From positions 64,001-128,000 of IMG/VR virus record IMGVR_UViG_3300015214_000026: a stretch of DNA of 64,000 nucleotides; one strand, given 5' to 3'. Positions within the stretch are counted from its first letter, which is position 1, and each line of letters opens with the position of its first letter. The position numbers and the translations under genes were made by a program. Positions 47,695 to 58,255 of this stretch are shown piece by piece. A model generated the notes under the pieces. It saw only the letters and a list, made by a program, of their open reading frames with translations. It did not search any database and was not told where the DNA came from. The DNA comes from a virus. Lineage: Duplodnaviria > Caudoviricetes.

Positions 47695-50600
47695 TTAATT
47701 ACTCATATGATGATAAAGTAAAGGATACATTAATTCTGGGTCGGCGTAATGTGGTACAGATGTAGGATTAACTTCTACTGTTGAAGCGGGGTTAGTAGGA
47801 GCCGGGGTATTCATAGTAGGTACGTTTTGAGAAAAATCTACTGATGGGGGAATTGTAATACCGTCTGAAGCGGCTATAATAGCAGATTCGGGGTTAACAT
47901 TAGGTCTAATCTTTTCTGCTGCTACATGGGCAACAGCAGATTCATGAGCACTATTAATACGGTCTTGTATAACTGATCCAGTAGCAGAATTTTGATATAA
48001 TCCACTACCCAATCTATCTCCCTTTAAGGAAGCTTGACTCTTAGTACCATCAGGGTTATCAGAAGCAGTTGCTTTATTTATACCGAATATAGAACCTAAT
48101 CCACTACCTTGAGAATAGTGAGAAACCATATCTTCATGAGATTTAGCACTGATTGATGCTATCTCAACTTGAATAGGTTTCATGCCAGGGCCTTGCGGTA
48201 CTAATTCCGGCATAATTCCCTTCCTACCCGCTTTTAAAGCTGCTAATTGTGCGGGCGTAGTTCTACCACCATAATCCCAATAATTATTCTTTCTTTCCGA
48301 CCAATGTTGATCTAGATGAATACCGCCTCTGCCAGAGCCATCTTGATTCATTTCTAAACCAACCCCGCCGTACTTATTAGCTAACCAATACTGTGATATT
48401 GGTGCCAATTCATCACCCTTTAATACCCTACCATCTGGTCCTTTAATGCGAACATCGGCGGCTTTTCCATCATCATGCCTAAATGACCCTGTACGCCTAC
48501 GGCCTGTTTGTCCTCCACTATAAACTTCTACAGAGTATCCTTCACCATACACACTACTAACCGCAGTTTGTAACTTATTATTAAGCTCATCTGTAATAGC
48601 TTTGTTACGCGTAGCAGATTGATTCTGCATATTAACAGCGATCTGAGACGCAGAACCACCGCCCGGAATATCCTGTAATTTAGTAGATAATCCTATAGAA
48701 TCAGGATTCATCAAACCAGCGTATAATGTAGGAGAAACAGTTTCTCCGCTTCCTGCTATAGCTTTACCTTGATTATAAAAGTTATTTCTGTTACTTATAC
48801 CACCAGCCCTATATTTAGGATCGTCAATACGCCACTGAATATAATCTCTACCTATTTGATCCATAGCAGTATTAGGATCAACATTTTCACTGCTAAGATA
48901 TTTAGCTAATTCAGGATTACTGTTACCTTTTCGTCCAACACCCTTTTCCATTTCATTTCGAAGGAATCTCGCTTGGGCGTCAAGAGAAGCCTGTGATTTA
49001 ACTATGTTACCGCTAGAATCCAGTAAGCCTTGTTCTCCTAGATACTTCCTTAAATTTTCCCCTCGATTACCTTGCCAGCTTATAAATCCAGCGTTAACCG
49101 CTTTATTATGTGGGTCATAATGCGTTCCAAACATATATTTAGACTGAAAAGCATTTTCTCTGCCAACTTCACCAACTAATGCTAGCGAACCTTCATGAGA
49201 GAATCCAGCATTACGAAATGCGTCGTACGTCCCTTTTATTAAATCGCTTCTACTAGCATCTTCATATGTACGGTTAGGATCATTTCTACGCGACATTGCT
49301 GGCTTTGTAGACATTATTTGATTATAACTACCGGCGGAACCAGTAAATCCTTTAGGTGTATAATCGCTATAACCTACACCATCAAATGTTGACCAACCTT
49401 GAGAAGCTTTACTATCTCCTGGCTTTATAGATAACTTTCTATCTAATAATGGATTACCTGTTATAATTTGGTTTTTGGGTACGCCACCAATAGAATGAGA
49501 AGGATCATAACCTACGCTCTTACTGTGAGAATCGGGTAAAGCGGGAGCTTTTAATACGGGTGATGGCCCTATATTATGTCCTTGATCGCCAGGTATACCC
49601 ATACTCTGACCTGGCAATAATCCATTTAATCTATCTAAATCTAGTTTCCTACCTTCTCTATGATCTAATTCTAATTTCTTAAAATTAGTATCTAAATTCT
49701 TAGATAATGCTTCAGTTTGTTCATCTAATTTTTCAGTAATTGGATTAAATAATTTATCATATACTCTACTCCAACTACTACCTATTTCGTTACCCGCAGC
49801 ACCTAATAACCCCCTACGGCCTAGATTAGTTTTGTATCCAGCTTTTCCAGTCGCCCAATCTATAATTGACCCTAATCCATGATCGTAATCTTCAAATAAT
49901 TGTGAGAAATTTGTAGCCGCCCCCGGCCCTAAAGCTGCTCCAGAACTGGCTAATGATTTACTAGCTTGACCAAAGGTTATAAAGTCTAAAATTGACCCAA
50001 TGGTAGACCCTTGAGCGGCAGTAATTTTATTACCTAATCCTAAATTTTTAGTAGTTTTTAATTCAGACTTAGGGTCTATGGTCATTAAATTATAAGCCCC
50101 TAAACCTAAAGCTCCTACTGCCCCCGCCTTACCTAATCCAGCCTTCATTATCGCCGGCGCAAATTTTGTACCTACTGCCAGTCCACCTCGACCTAATGAT
50201 AGCGCACCTCTACCAACCATACCCGCACCTCTGGTAAGCACGGATAGAGTTGATGTAAATATACCTGATAATCCAGCAACTATACCAGCGACACCAGCTA
50301 AACCAGTCTTTACAAGTCCGGCGGAACTAGAAGCAGCGGATTTAGCTATAGTAGAAGATGCTCCTTTTAACCCCGCTCCGGTTGAATCAAAAATACCAGT
50401 AATAGAACGTCGGGCAGTACCTCCCCAGCGACGCATAGATTTATGTATGGCATCTTGAGTATGTTTAGTCTGAAGTTGAGTTACTTTTCTTTGTCTAAGT
50501 TCATGCGCATTTTGACGAATACGCTCTGCTCTATCCATTCTAGCTTGTCTAGAACGTTCTACTCTAGCTTCAGAACGCCTCTTAGCCTCATCTCTTTGAT

Positions 50601-51093
50601 AATTTCTATCATCAAAGGTAGAAGCTCTGGCTCTCCTATCTTGACGACGTTGGGTTCTACCCATACGTCCTCGCATACCCGATCCGTCACAACAACAGTA
50701 AGAGTGCATACCTCTAGCACCATTACTATTGCGCTTCATAAAATCTTCAAATTTCTTTAATGCATTTGGTATTACATTTGGTTTGAATATCTTTAATAAT
50801 TGATACCCATAGAAACCATATCGTACTAATTTCAAAAGATTACCAGTAAAAGTCTCACTGGCCATCACTTTGGTATGCTTGGCGATATGCTTAAGATGTT
50901 CTTCCGAATTTAACGCGGATTTTAATAAATGAGCTTGAAAAACCCTAGTAGATTCATCAAGCCTATCTATCTTATTCTTGGTTTGCTTTACTTCGACCGA
51001 TTCTTTATAAGCGGCAGCCCGTTCTTCGGTAGAAGACCTACCGTTCATTAAGTCTTTTATTCGATCGCTGTATAAACCATTAGCAGTAGCCAT
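47695..51093 (-). CDS. Tape measure protein with phage tail lysozyme-like and peptidase M15-like domains
   Basis: Ala/Gly-rich helical N-terminal half; GFS.EG..ALVGE..REN; S.RHDDG.AADV...GIHLD. Confidence 0.8.
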   Translation of the reverse strand: MATANGLYSDRIKDLMNGRSSTEERAAAYKESVEVKQTKNKIDRLDESTRVFQAHLLKSALNSEEHLKHIAKHTKVMASETFTGNLLKLVRYGFYGYQLLKIFKPNVIPNALKKFEDFMKRNSNGARGMHSYCCCDGSGMRGRMGRTQRRQDRRARASTFDDRNYQRDEAKRRSEARVERSRQARMDRAERIRQNAHELRQRKVTQLQTKHTQDAIHKSMRRWGGTARRSITGIFDSTGAGLKGASSTIAKSAASSSAGLVKTGLAGVAGIVAGLSGIFTSTLSVLTRGAGMVGRGALSLGRGGLAVGTKFAPAIMKAGLGKAGAVGALGLGAYNLMTIDPKSELKTTKNLGLGNKITAAQGSTIGSILDFITFGQASKSLASSGAALGPGAATNFSQLFEDYDHGLGSIIDWATGKAGYKTNLGRRGLLGAAGNEIGSSWSRVYDKLFNPITEKLDEQTEALSKNLDTNFKKLELDHREGRKLDLDRLNGLLPGQSMGIPGDQGHNIGPSPVLKAPALPDSHSKSVGYDPSHSIGGVPKNQIITGNPLLDRKLSIKPGDSKASQGWSTFDGVGYSDYTPKGFTGSAGSYNQIMSTKPAMSRRNDPNRTYEDASRSDLIKGTYDAFRNAGFSHEGSLALVGEVGRENAFQSKYMFGTHYDPHNKAVNAGFISWQGNRGENLRKYLGEQGLLDSSGNIVKSQASLDAQARFLRNEMEKGVGRKGNSNPELAKYLSSENVDPNTAMDQIGRDYIQWRIDDPKYRAGGISNRNNFYNQGKAIAGSGETVSPTLYAGLMNPDSIGLSTKLQDIPGGGSASQIAVNMQNQSATRNKAITDELNNKLQTAVSSVYGEGYSVEVYSGGQTGRRRTGSFRHDDGKAADVRIKGPDGRVLKGDELAPISQYWLANKYGGVGLEMNQDGSGRGGIHLDQHWSERKNNYWDYGGRTTPAQLAALKAGRKGIMPELVPQGPGMKPIQVEIASISAKSHEDMVSHYSQGSGLGSIFGINKATASDNPDGTKSQASLKGDRLGSGLYQNSATGSVIQDRINSAHESAVAHVAAEKIRPNVNPESAIIAASDGITIPPSVDFSQNVPTMNTPAPTNPASTVEVNPTSVPHYADPELMYPLLYHHMSN

Positions 51094-51096
51094 ATT

Positions 51097-51354
51097 CTAT
51101 CGCCTTTTTAATATAGCTTGCATCATTTGAGCTTGTTGTTTCATCATCTGTCCAATAGCATCTACTAATACCTTCATATTACCCATGTGTTTAACAGGAA
51201 AAGGATCAATACTATCAGAGTTTCTGCTGTCCATAACTAGTTTTTGATAATGGTGGAAAAATTTAATAGCCGGATCACTATTTTGTATATGTATTCCTCT
51301 ATATTTTGCTAAATCATAACATATGTCTAACAAAAATATAGGATCATACAGAGG
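51097..51354 (-). CDS. Pre-tape-measure ORF, probably expressed as a +1 frameshift extension of the upstream chaperone
   Basis: In the +1 frame, overlapping the chaperone end; no ATG/SD at its 5' end. Confidence 0.55.
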   Translation of the reverse strand, partial: PLYDPIFLLDICYDLAKYRGIHIQNSDPAIKFFHHYQKLVMDSRNSDSIDPFPVKHMGNMKVLVDAIGQMMKQQAQMMQAILKRR

Positions 51355-52462
51355 GAAAGAAATCAGTCGAGGTAATAGACACCTCAACTACCTCCTCTTT
51401 AGCTTCAACCTTCTCACCCTTATCAAGCTTATCCTGTATTTCATTTGCTTCGTTTTCTAACTCTTCCGCTAACGATAGAAAAGTAAGTATCTGCTCATCA
51501 AATTCAGAAGAATGTGCTACTGTAGGTATATTAACTACTCGCTCGCGTATTTCTTTAGCTTTATTTCTAAAGAATTTAATTGCGTCTTCTGGTTTAAATT
51601 TAGGGTCTTTAAACCTTACTGATTCTACTACGCCATGAGAAATCAACTCTGAAAAAGATTCAATTTCCGGTATAGCGGCTAATCCTAACTCATCATTAAT
51701 CTTATCAATTTTCTTTTGCGCATAGTCTTCGTAGTCATCGTCTTCATCTTTTGGAAGATACACATATTGAGCATATTCAAGCAGATATCTAACATCCTCC
51801 GAAACACTATCCCCAAATAAAAGCTCCATGTCTCGTACACGAGGAAAAGTATAACCCTTAGCCTTCCATTCTTCATATTCTTTCTTGGACATTTCCAGTT
51901 CTTTAATATCCAATTCCGACTGTCTAACAGTAATATCCACAGCATTACCGTATCTAGAAGTATACTTAAATTTCAAAGGAGACTTAGGATAACTGTTATC
52001 GCGAATCCAATACATAATAAAAGTAAGATCAGGGGGCGTAAGGTCACGAATATCGACCGATATACACGCATTTAGAGCATCCAATAGCATTGTATAGGAT
52101 TTATTAACATTCGCCGCATGAATTTTGCCAAGCATAACAAATTCTAGCGGTCTAAGAAATACTTCTTTGAAATCGTAAGGAATACAGTGAGACGGAAGCT
52201 CTTGTCTAACCCATTCATCGCTTAACTTAGAGGTAGCCTTAGCTTCAGGTATCTCGTTGTCTTCTAATGCTTTAGGTTGAATTACATATACTTCTTCTGG
52301 CTGGTCTTCTTCTGGTAAATCCGCTAGAGGACTAGCATATTTCTTCTTATTTTCCATCTCTGTAAATGGATTTTTAGGCGTATTTTCAGGCTCTGGTCGT
52401 GATATAGAGGCCTTACTAGGAGAATCAATAGTAAAATCATCTTCTACAGGGAATCGCTTCAT
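51344..52462 (-). CDS. Tail assembly chaperone / gp26-like baseplate hub assembly protein
   Basis: LPS....Y...V.LRPL, LT..D..FI.YWIR.NSY; ends DFFP; lies between tube and tape measure genes. Confidence 0.7.
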   Translation of the reverse strand: MKRFPVEDDFTIDSPSKASISRPEPENTPKNPFTEMENKKKYASPLADLPEEDQPEEVYVIQPKALEDNEIPEAKATSKLSDEWVRQELPSHCIPYDFKEVFLRPLEFVMLGKIHAANVNKSYTMLLDALNACISVDIRDLTPPDLTFIMYWIRDNSYPKSPLKFKYTSRYGNAVDITVRQSELDIKELEMSKKEYEEWKAKGYTFPRVRDMELLFGDSVSEDVRYLLEYAQYVYLPKDEDDDYEDYAQKKIDKINDELGLAAIPEIESFSELISHGVVESVRFKDPKFKPEDAIKFFRNKAKEIRERVVNIPTVAHSSEFDEQILTFLSLAEELENEANEIQDKLDKGEKVEAKEEVVEVSITSTDFFPSV

Positions 52463-52501
52463 GATGATTATTTCCTTATATTTGTTAGTATTTTGTTATT
52501 A

Positions 52502-52990
52502 TTAATCTTGTTGATCTACGCCATCTACACTAAATAGACAAGCAGTTTGTATTCGTCCTTCTTCGTCTTCATGTGTTAGATTATAAGGTATTTTATCAGT
52601 AGGCCAGCATCCACGTATATGATAAGTCAATATAGGGGAATTAGATGTAAGGCTATACATATACGCATACATAGATTTCTTGTATTCAGAAGGTAATCCA
52701 AATGTACCATTAGACCTATAGATTTGTTTACGCCAATTATTTAACCATCTGGTAACTTGAAAATCATGGGTTTCATAAAAAACTACAGTAACGCCATCTA
52801 TATCTCTAAAATCAGGATAAAAGCGTTGAGTACCTTGAAAATGTCTTCCTTTAGGTTGGTTTTTATCAAAAGGAAGCTCTACTGTTTCTGCTATACAATG
52901 ATAGGGGCCTTCTACATCTGGTACAGATAAAAACCATCTACTAACTAGGGCGGGGTCTTTTATGTTAATAGCGCTAGTGAAGTTTAACAC
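52502..52990 (-). CDS. Tail tube-like protein 3 (gp19/gp54 fold)
   Basis: V.FYE......W...W, G.P.EYKK, GCWPT, FSVD. Confidence 0.75.
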   Translation of the reverse strand: MLNFTSAINIKDPALVSRWFLSVPDVEGPYHCIAETVELPFDKNQPKGRHFQGTQRFYPDFRDIDGVTVVFYETHDFQVTRWLNNWRKQIYRSNGTFGLPSEYKKSMYAYMYSLTSNSPILTYHIRGCWPTDKIPYNLTHEDEEGRIQTACLFSVDGVDQQD

Positions 52991-52991
52991 T

Positions 52992-53537
52992 TTAACCTCT
53001 CATAGCATTATACAAATCATTTACATTTCCAGATGTACCATCAATATCTACTTGATCCACATTAAATGTAACTTGAAATTCAACAGGATTAGAATTATCA
53101 GAGGTAGCTTCTGGAAACGTAATAACAACGGGGAACATATTTATTAATTTTGCTTCAAAAGCGTATTCACCTACTGTATTAACCATTTTAAAAATACCAT
53201 CAGCGGCATATTGTTGTTTTAATAAAGAAGTACCATCCGCTGGATTTCTTACTAATTTATACCAAGAGAATATTGATTTAATGTTGTCTCCGGTACTTAG
53301 CTCATAGAAACTACAATTCAATGTATTATCAAAAGCGAGACCGCCTCTAAATCCTATGTTGTGACCTAGTAATTTGGCCCTAACATGACCAACGCCCACA
53401 GTGGGCAAAGTCACTTGAGTATTAGATAACATTAGATTTTTAGCATTTATAACTGATATGCTAGGAAAATAGAGTTCATGCCTACCTCCACCTAATATAT
53501 CCGGTAATGAATTTAATTCTGAAAATTTTACAGCCAT
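52992..53537 (-). CDS. Tail tube-like protein 2
   Basis: Paralogous to 53620-54144 (L.GH...FRG, F.E, W, PV.F.VTF..D). Confidence 0.75.
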   Translation of the reverse strand: MAVKFSELNSLPDILGGGRHELYFPSISVINAKNLMLSNTQVTLPTVGVGHVRAKLLGHNIGFRGGLAFDNTLNCSFYELSTGDNIKSIFSWYKLVRNPADGTSLLKQQYAADGIFKMVNTVGEYAFEAKLINMFPVVITFPEATSDNSNPVEFQVTFNVDQVDIDGTSGNVNDLYNAMRG

Positions 53538-53548
53538 AGCACAAATAA

Positions 53549-53593
53549 AAACCCGTGGAAGTTATCCTAAAAAGAATTAACTTCCACGGGTTT
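53549..53593 (-). terminator. Intrinsic terminator after the major tube gene
   Basis: 16-bp stem AAACCCGTGGAAGTTA / TAACTTCCACGGGTTT followed by a T run on the minus strand. Confidence 0.8.
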
Positions 53594-53619
53594 GATTTTT
53601 ACTAAATTATAATTTAATG

Positions 53620-54144
53620 TTATCTTACTGGCGTATTATTCGCAATAAGTCTGTCATACGAGAACATCGCTGGAATCAGCATAGGAGTAGAGTTGGAACC
53701 ATCCAACGTAACATCGGAAATTTCCTGAATAAAGAAATTTTCCATACGTAGAGTATTCGCCACAGCTCCCGTCGTATTGTAGATAACCAATGAAGCGGTA
53801 GTAGAATAAGTATTCTTATACGCTCCTGAATTACCCGAATCGGTTCCAGCGATAAATTCATGCCAGTTATTAAGGATAGTCCACGACTCAAGGAACGAAC
53901 CTTCAATATAAGTAACAGAAAGCTGTCGAGGATACATCTTACGGCCACGGAATTTTAGGACGTGCCCATGAAGAAGTGATTCAAATGCTTCGTTACTATA
54001 CCCCGGAACCTGTGCCTGCTGGCAACGAAGAGTAAGCTCTTGAGTTGATCCACCCAACGGAATGTTAGGTATAATAAGTTCAAACGCTTCCGCACTAATA
54101 GTATCGGAAAGATTATTTAACTGTGTAAATGAAACGCGTGCCAT
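53620..54144 (-). CDS. Major tail tube protein
   Basis: Immediately follows the sheath gene; gp19-like pattern; followed by a terminator. Confidence 0.8.
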   Translation of the reverse strand: MARVSFTQLNNLSDTISAEAFELIIPNIPLGGSTQELTLRCQQAQVPGYSNEAFESLLHGHVLKFRGRKMYPRQLSVTYIEGSFLESWTILNNWHEFIAGTDSGNSGAYKNTYSTTASLVIYNTTGAVANTLRMENFFIQEISDVTLDGSNSTPMLIPAMFSYDRLIANNTPVR

Positions 54145-54195
54145 AATATTTTGCCTTCGCTATTTAACCTGTGGTTTATTCCAAAGGCTTAATGA

Positions 54196-56442
54196 TTAAC
54201 TAAGCTGATCGATTAGTTCTTCAAAATTCGCTCCAGTTCTAGTAAGAATGGCACGAACATGAATACCCTTAATAACCTGAACAATCTTTAGGTAAACATC
54301 GTAAGCTAACTGTTCAGCGTCAATAACGTCTGGTGTATTGTTGCGGCTATCGCAAACAATACGGTAGTCATAAAGACCGCCCATACCATCTCCACGAGTC
54401 ATTGGGCGAAGTAATGTATGACCTAATTCCGTAGCCTGAATACGAGTCCATTCAGTATTAGGGTCGAACAATACGTAATCAAGACCATCAGCAAGTCCAA
54501 CCTTGATACGATTAAGAATACGTCTTGCATGTACCGATGAAAGGACAGTCTTTTTACTCTGTAAGGTTTCTTCACCCATAACAACCGGGCCAACCTTTGG
54601 ACGATCCTTAATAACGTTGATACCAATTGGGAAAAGTAGTTCTTCCTGTGGATCAGTATAAATATGACGAAGACCAACAGCAAGAGTTACTTTACCGCGA
54701 TTAAGACCTGCTGGAGCACCAATATTCTGTGTTAAACGATCAGAATACGCGTAAGTAGCACCAACGGGACCGGACGGCGGAATATACCTACGTTCTGCGG
54801 TATTGATATCTTCGATTTCTACATCCGGTGTATACATAGCGCCATAGGTAGAATCAATATCAAGCTCAAACATACGATAATCACGAAGATCTTGGGCGTG
54901 CTGTCTATCAGACGGAGCATCAAGAATAGCAATACAATCGGACCTACGTTCTGCTAAAGCAACCATTTCCTTCTGTACAGAAATAGCAGTATATCCCGCA
55001 TTAAGAAGAACATCGACAGGATACTGAACTCGATCTTCAATATCTAGCCAACCCTGTCTAACTTCTGCGGAAGTAACAGATAAACCATCATCGCCATTAC
55101 GAAGATAACGGACTGTAGTAGGCACAGTAATAGGAGTACCAAACTCATCGTATAAACTATCCGTAAACGATTCCGCTGTCTGTAAGACACGAATATTTAG
55201 AGAACGAGTAGAAGCTCTATTAACTACATGCTCAATATTCTGCTGATACCCCATAGAATTAAGCTGTCTACGGAGAGAGACAGTGAATGTTTCAACAGGA
55301 AGGTTAAGATTACTACGCTCATACACACGCAGACGGAATGAATGATCTGGATCAACACCCGTCATTACAGACGTAACAACCGAGGCTACCTGAGTAGCAC
55401 CTCCTGTAACTGCTAAATTATCAAATACTACTGTATTATTACCTGGCTTTTTAGCAATAATAAGTATCGATCTATCATTATTAGACGCGCCAGGCACAGA
55501 TTCTACTTCTGCGGATTCAATGTCAGGATTAGAATCTAAGGCAGCCGCAAAATCTGCTAAAGTTGTATCGGAATTAGTAGTGTATACGGTACTAACAGCG
55601 GTTCCGTTTACATTAACGGATATAGCATTACCGTTAATTAACGGACCCGCAATGGTAAGACGAAAACGCTGACGAACGCCAGGATCGATATTATCGATTA
55701 CGATACCATAGTTATTTGCCCATTTACCGGGATTTTCAGCAAAAACATCGAATAAATGAGCATTCTCGATTATATCAGTATTTGCTTGGGTAGTTCCAAG
55801 TGTAACTTCATAATCAGAAAATTCAATAGTCATAGTCTTGGCGATACGTACCAAGATAGTATGTGGGTCTAAAACAGTCGCTGAGCTACCAACGCCAAAT
55901 GAGTTTAAAGTGACCTGAACAGCAGCCGCAAAGGCCGACCAAGTGTTTGTATGAGAAATAGCGTATGTAGTAGTAGCTGTTTCAACCGTATTACCGTCAG
56001 TAATATCCAGAGATATTACATTTGCTGTAACAAGATCGTCGTCAACAGTTATAAGATAATACGATTCTAAGCCTTCTGCATCATAACCATTGTCTGTGCC
56101 TGGACCATCCACAAAGAATAACGAATTGTTAACATTATCTTTAAGAACGGATAATTTAGAATATTTAGCATCTTTTGTAACTCGATTAACAAGGAGCTGC
56201 TTACTCTGAGTCATAAAAGATGTAGCGGTATCATGGCCAAATCCAATAGTAGGATCAGCTACTAATCCATATAAACGCCGAAAATCTTCATCAAGACCGC
56301 TCTGATAAGTAGGCTTAACAGGACCACGCTCGAAAGCACCAACAATAGCTCCAGTAGTTCCTTCAATTACTGTAACTCTCTGTGTAAGATCGAGGGTGGT
56401 AATTTTAACTGATGGCCTAAGAAAAATAGGTAAGCCAGTCAT
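54196..56442 (-). CDS. Tail sheath protein
   Basis: AE.R.DCIAILD.P, PPSG, APAGLNRG, RR.L, F.PN, CD..NNTP. Confidence 0.95.
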   Translation of the reverse strand: MTGLPIFLRPSVKITTLDLTQRVTVIEGTTGAIVGAFERGPVKPTYQSGLDEDFRRLYGLVADPTIGFGHDTATSFMTQSKQLLVNRVTKDAKYSKLSVLKDNVNNSLFFVDGPGTDNGYDAEGLESYYLITVDDDLVTANVISLDITDGNTVETATTTYAISHTNTWSAFAAAVQVTLNSFGVGSSATVLDPHTILVRIAKTMTIEFSDYEVTLGTTQANTDIIENAHLFDVFAENPGKWANNYGIVIDNIDPGVRQRFRLTIAGPLINGNAISVNVNGTAVSTVYTTNSDTTLADFAAALDSNPDIESAEVESVPGASNNDRSILIIAKKPGNNTVVFDNLAVTGGATQVASVVTSVMTGVDPDHSFRLRVYERSNLNLPVETFTVSLRRQLNSMGYQQNIEHVVNRASTRSLNIRVLQTAESFTDSLYDEFGTPITVPTTVRYLRNGDDGLSVTSAEVRQGWLDIEDRVQYPVDVLLNAGYTAISVQKEMVALAERRSDCIAILDAPSDRQHAQDLRDYRMFELDIDSTYGAMYTPDVEIEDINTAERRYIPPSGPVGATYAYSDRLTQNIGAPAGLNRGKVTLAVGLRHIYTDPQEELLFPIGINVIKDRPKVGPVVMGEETLQSKKTVLSSVHARRILNRIKVGLADGLDYVLFDPNTEWTRIQATELGHTLLRPMTRGDGMGGLYDYRIVCDSRNNTPDVIDAEQLAYDVYLKIVQVIKGIHVRAILTRTGANFEELIDQLS

Positions 56443-56488
56443 TATTGTATACCTCTAGGTTTAAACTATCAACGAAACATGTTGTAAA

Positions 56489-56788
56489 TTACTTTTTCTT
56501 CTTATCGTCCCATTTATCTTCAGCTTTATCTTCTACCTTAACAACAGGCTTAGGCGGATTCTCAATAATACCAACCCTAATAAGGTCCTTAACACTAGGA
56601 GAAATAGATTTAAAGTATGTAGAAGATGGCACACTGGTAAGTAAAGACGAATTTATTTTAACGATCCCATGGGCCGGAACTACCAATTCCTCGTTATCCT
56701 TTAGAGGGATATTTTTAGAAATAGGCATCTTGTTCTTAACGACATAAATCGGAAATTCTTCAATAAGAGATTCAAACGGAGTTTTCAT
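56489..56788 (-). CDS. Hypothetical protein
   Basis: SD AGGAG. Confidence 0.7.
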   Translation of the reverse strand: MKTPFESLIEEFPIYVVKNKMPISKNIPLKDNEELVVPAHGIVKINSSLLTSVPSSTYFKSISPSVKDLIRVGIIENPPKPVVKVEDKAEDKWDDKKKK

Positions 56789-56808
56789 TTAATATTTCTC
56801 CTAAATAG

Positions 56809-57153
56809 CTAAACAACGAGATACGATATAGTCGCTGGCAGCGTTATTGGGTTATTAGCGGGATTAGTAATTGTAACTTCACCCTCAAATGGTAGAACCA
56901 CCAAAGATTCCTTCACAAGAATCTCAAATTCTTCATTCGCTGTGTTCTTAAACTGAATTAGTATTTGAGGACTTACACTACAAATAAACAGCTTATTTAC
57001 AGTAAGTTCAACAGGTGAATCTCCCGGTAACATTGATTCTTTAGATAAAGAATGAAAATTTATATCAGCAAGCGAAAAGGAAGAATCCATAAGGACGGTC
57101 TTCCTTCGCTTATCAGTAGAAGTTGTGACTAAAGAAGTAACTATGGCTGGCAT
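56809..57153 (-). CDS. Hypothetical structural protein
   Basis: Lies in the head-tail junction region. Confidence 0.7.
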   Translation of the reverse strand: MPAIVTSLVTTSTDKRRKTVLMDSSFSLADINFHSLSKESMLPGDSPVELTVNKLFICSVSPQILIQFKNTANEEFEILVKESLVVLPFEGEVTITNPANNPITLPATISYLVV

Positions 57154-57159
57154 GGGAAA

Positions 57160-57885
57160 TTATCCCCTGAATTTAGCGGATTCTTTATTAAAATAATCTG
57201 TGTAATTAATAGTTTGCGAAAGGTCCATATATGGACTACCTTTAAAAAATACTTCTTCATTATCTGCTTCTGTAGTATTGAATACTATGTTACGAATCAT
57301 TCTATGCTCTTCTACATATCCAAGATATGTTTTTAGAATAATTACAAATTCATATTCATAATATTCACCGGCATCATCGGAGGTTTCTACCATAGATATA
57401 GAATTGTCTATGGTAATAGAGGTTTCTACTACAAAACCTTCTTCGCCTTTCATTACAAATCCGACTCTAGGAGCGTTATATAGAAGGATATGAGCTAGGG
57501 AAATCATATCGTCCATACTATCAGACTTGAAATAAAAGCCTAAACCTACACGTATTCTGCGTAAGTCTTCCATTGTAAATTTGCCGGTAGTCACGTCTCT
57601 TTTTGTTATATAACCTTTAGTAGCCCTATTCTTTTTAAGGGCTCCTAGTTCTTCATCAAGAGACATTTCCACTATAGCGGAATTTAATAATGGGTATTGT
57701 ACCTTAGTTTTATCTTTAGCGTAAGTTTCTCTATCTAAGGAAGCTTCTAGCTGCCTAAGATACCTTCTATTACCAACCATTTTTCCAGTAAGCGGACGCT
57801 CGTTATCTAACGACCATTCTTTATTAATCCAGGCTAATACCTGTTTTAATGAAAAATTAAGTATACCGCTTTTCTTTCTATGGTC
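57160..57885 (-). CDS. Putative tail terminator / neck protein
   Basis: Between capsid and sheath genes; likely start MSDH. Confidence 0.55.
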   Translation of the reverse strand, partial: DHRKKSGILNFSLKQVLAWINKEWSLDNERPLTGKMVGNRRYLRQLEASLDRETYAKDKTKVQYPLLNSAIVEMSLDEELGALKKNRATKGYITKRDVTTGKFTMEDLRRIRVGLGFYFKSDSMDDMISLAHILLYNAPRVGFVMKGEEGFVVETSITIDNSISMVETSDDAGEYYEYEFVIILKTYLGYVEEHRMIRNIVFNTTEADNEEVFFKGSPYMDLSQTINYTDYFNKESAKFRG

Positions 57886-57898
57886 AGACATATTAAAC

Positions 57899-58231
57899 CT
57901 AAACAAACATCTTGGAGATCATATCATGAAAGGTTTGCCTAGCAACATCTTCAGACATGGCTGTTTCATTATCTAATAAAGCATCTAAATTAGTAGTATC
58001 TTCGTCTACTTCTTCATCATTGAAACAAGCATTCTCAAGAATATTTTCTACTGGAATACCGTCATTTACAGTAACAATCTGTAAGCTATCCTCTATATCT
58101 TGAGGTTCCATATTCTGAAGTTCGTCGAGAGCTATTTCCATCATATTCATGGCAATATCGCGATTATCCTGCTTACAGGAATCACACGCAGCAACCAACA
58201 TAGCCTTTACTTTATTAAGATTAACAGTCAT
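57899..58231 (-). CDS. Acidic hypothetical protein
   Basis: SD AGGGA before MTVNL. Confidence 0.7.
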   Translation of the reverse strand: MTVNLNKVKAMLVAACDSCKQDNRDIAMNMMEIALDELQNMEPQDIEDSLQIVTVNDGIPVENILENACFNDEEVDEDTTNLDALLDNETAMSEDVARQTFHDMISKMFV

Positions 58232-58255
58232 GTTCCCTATCCCTAGCACAAATAA

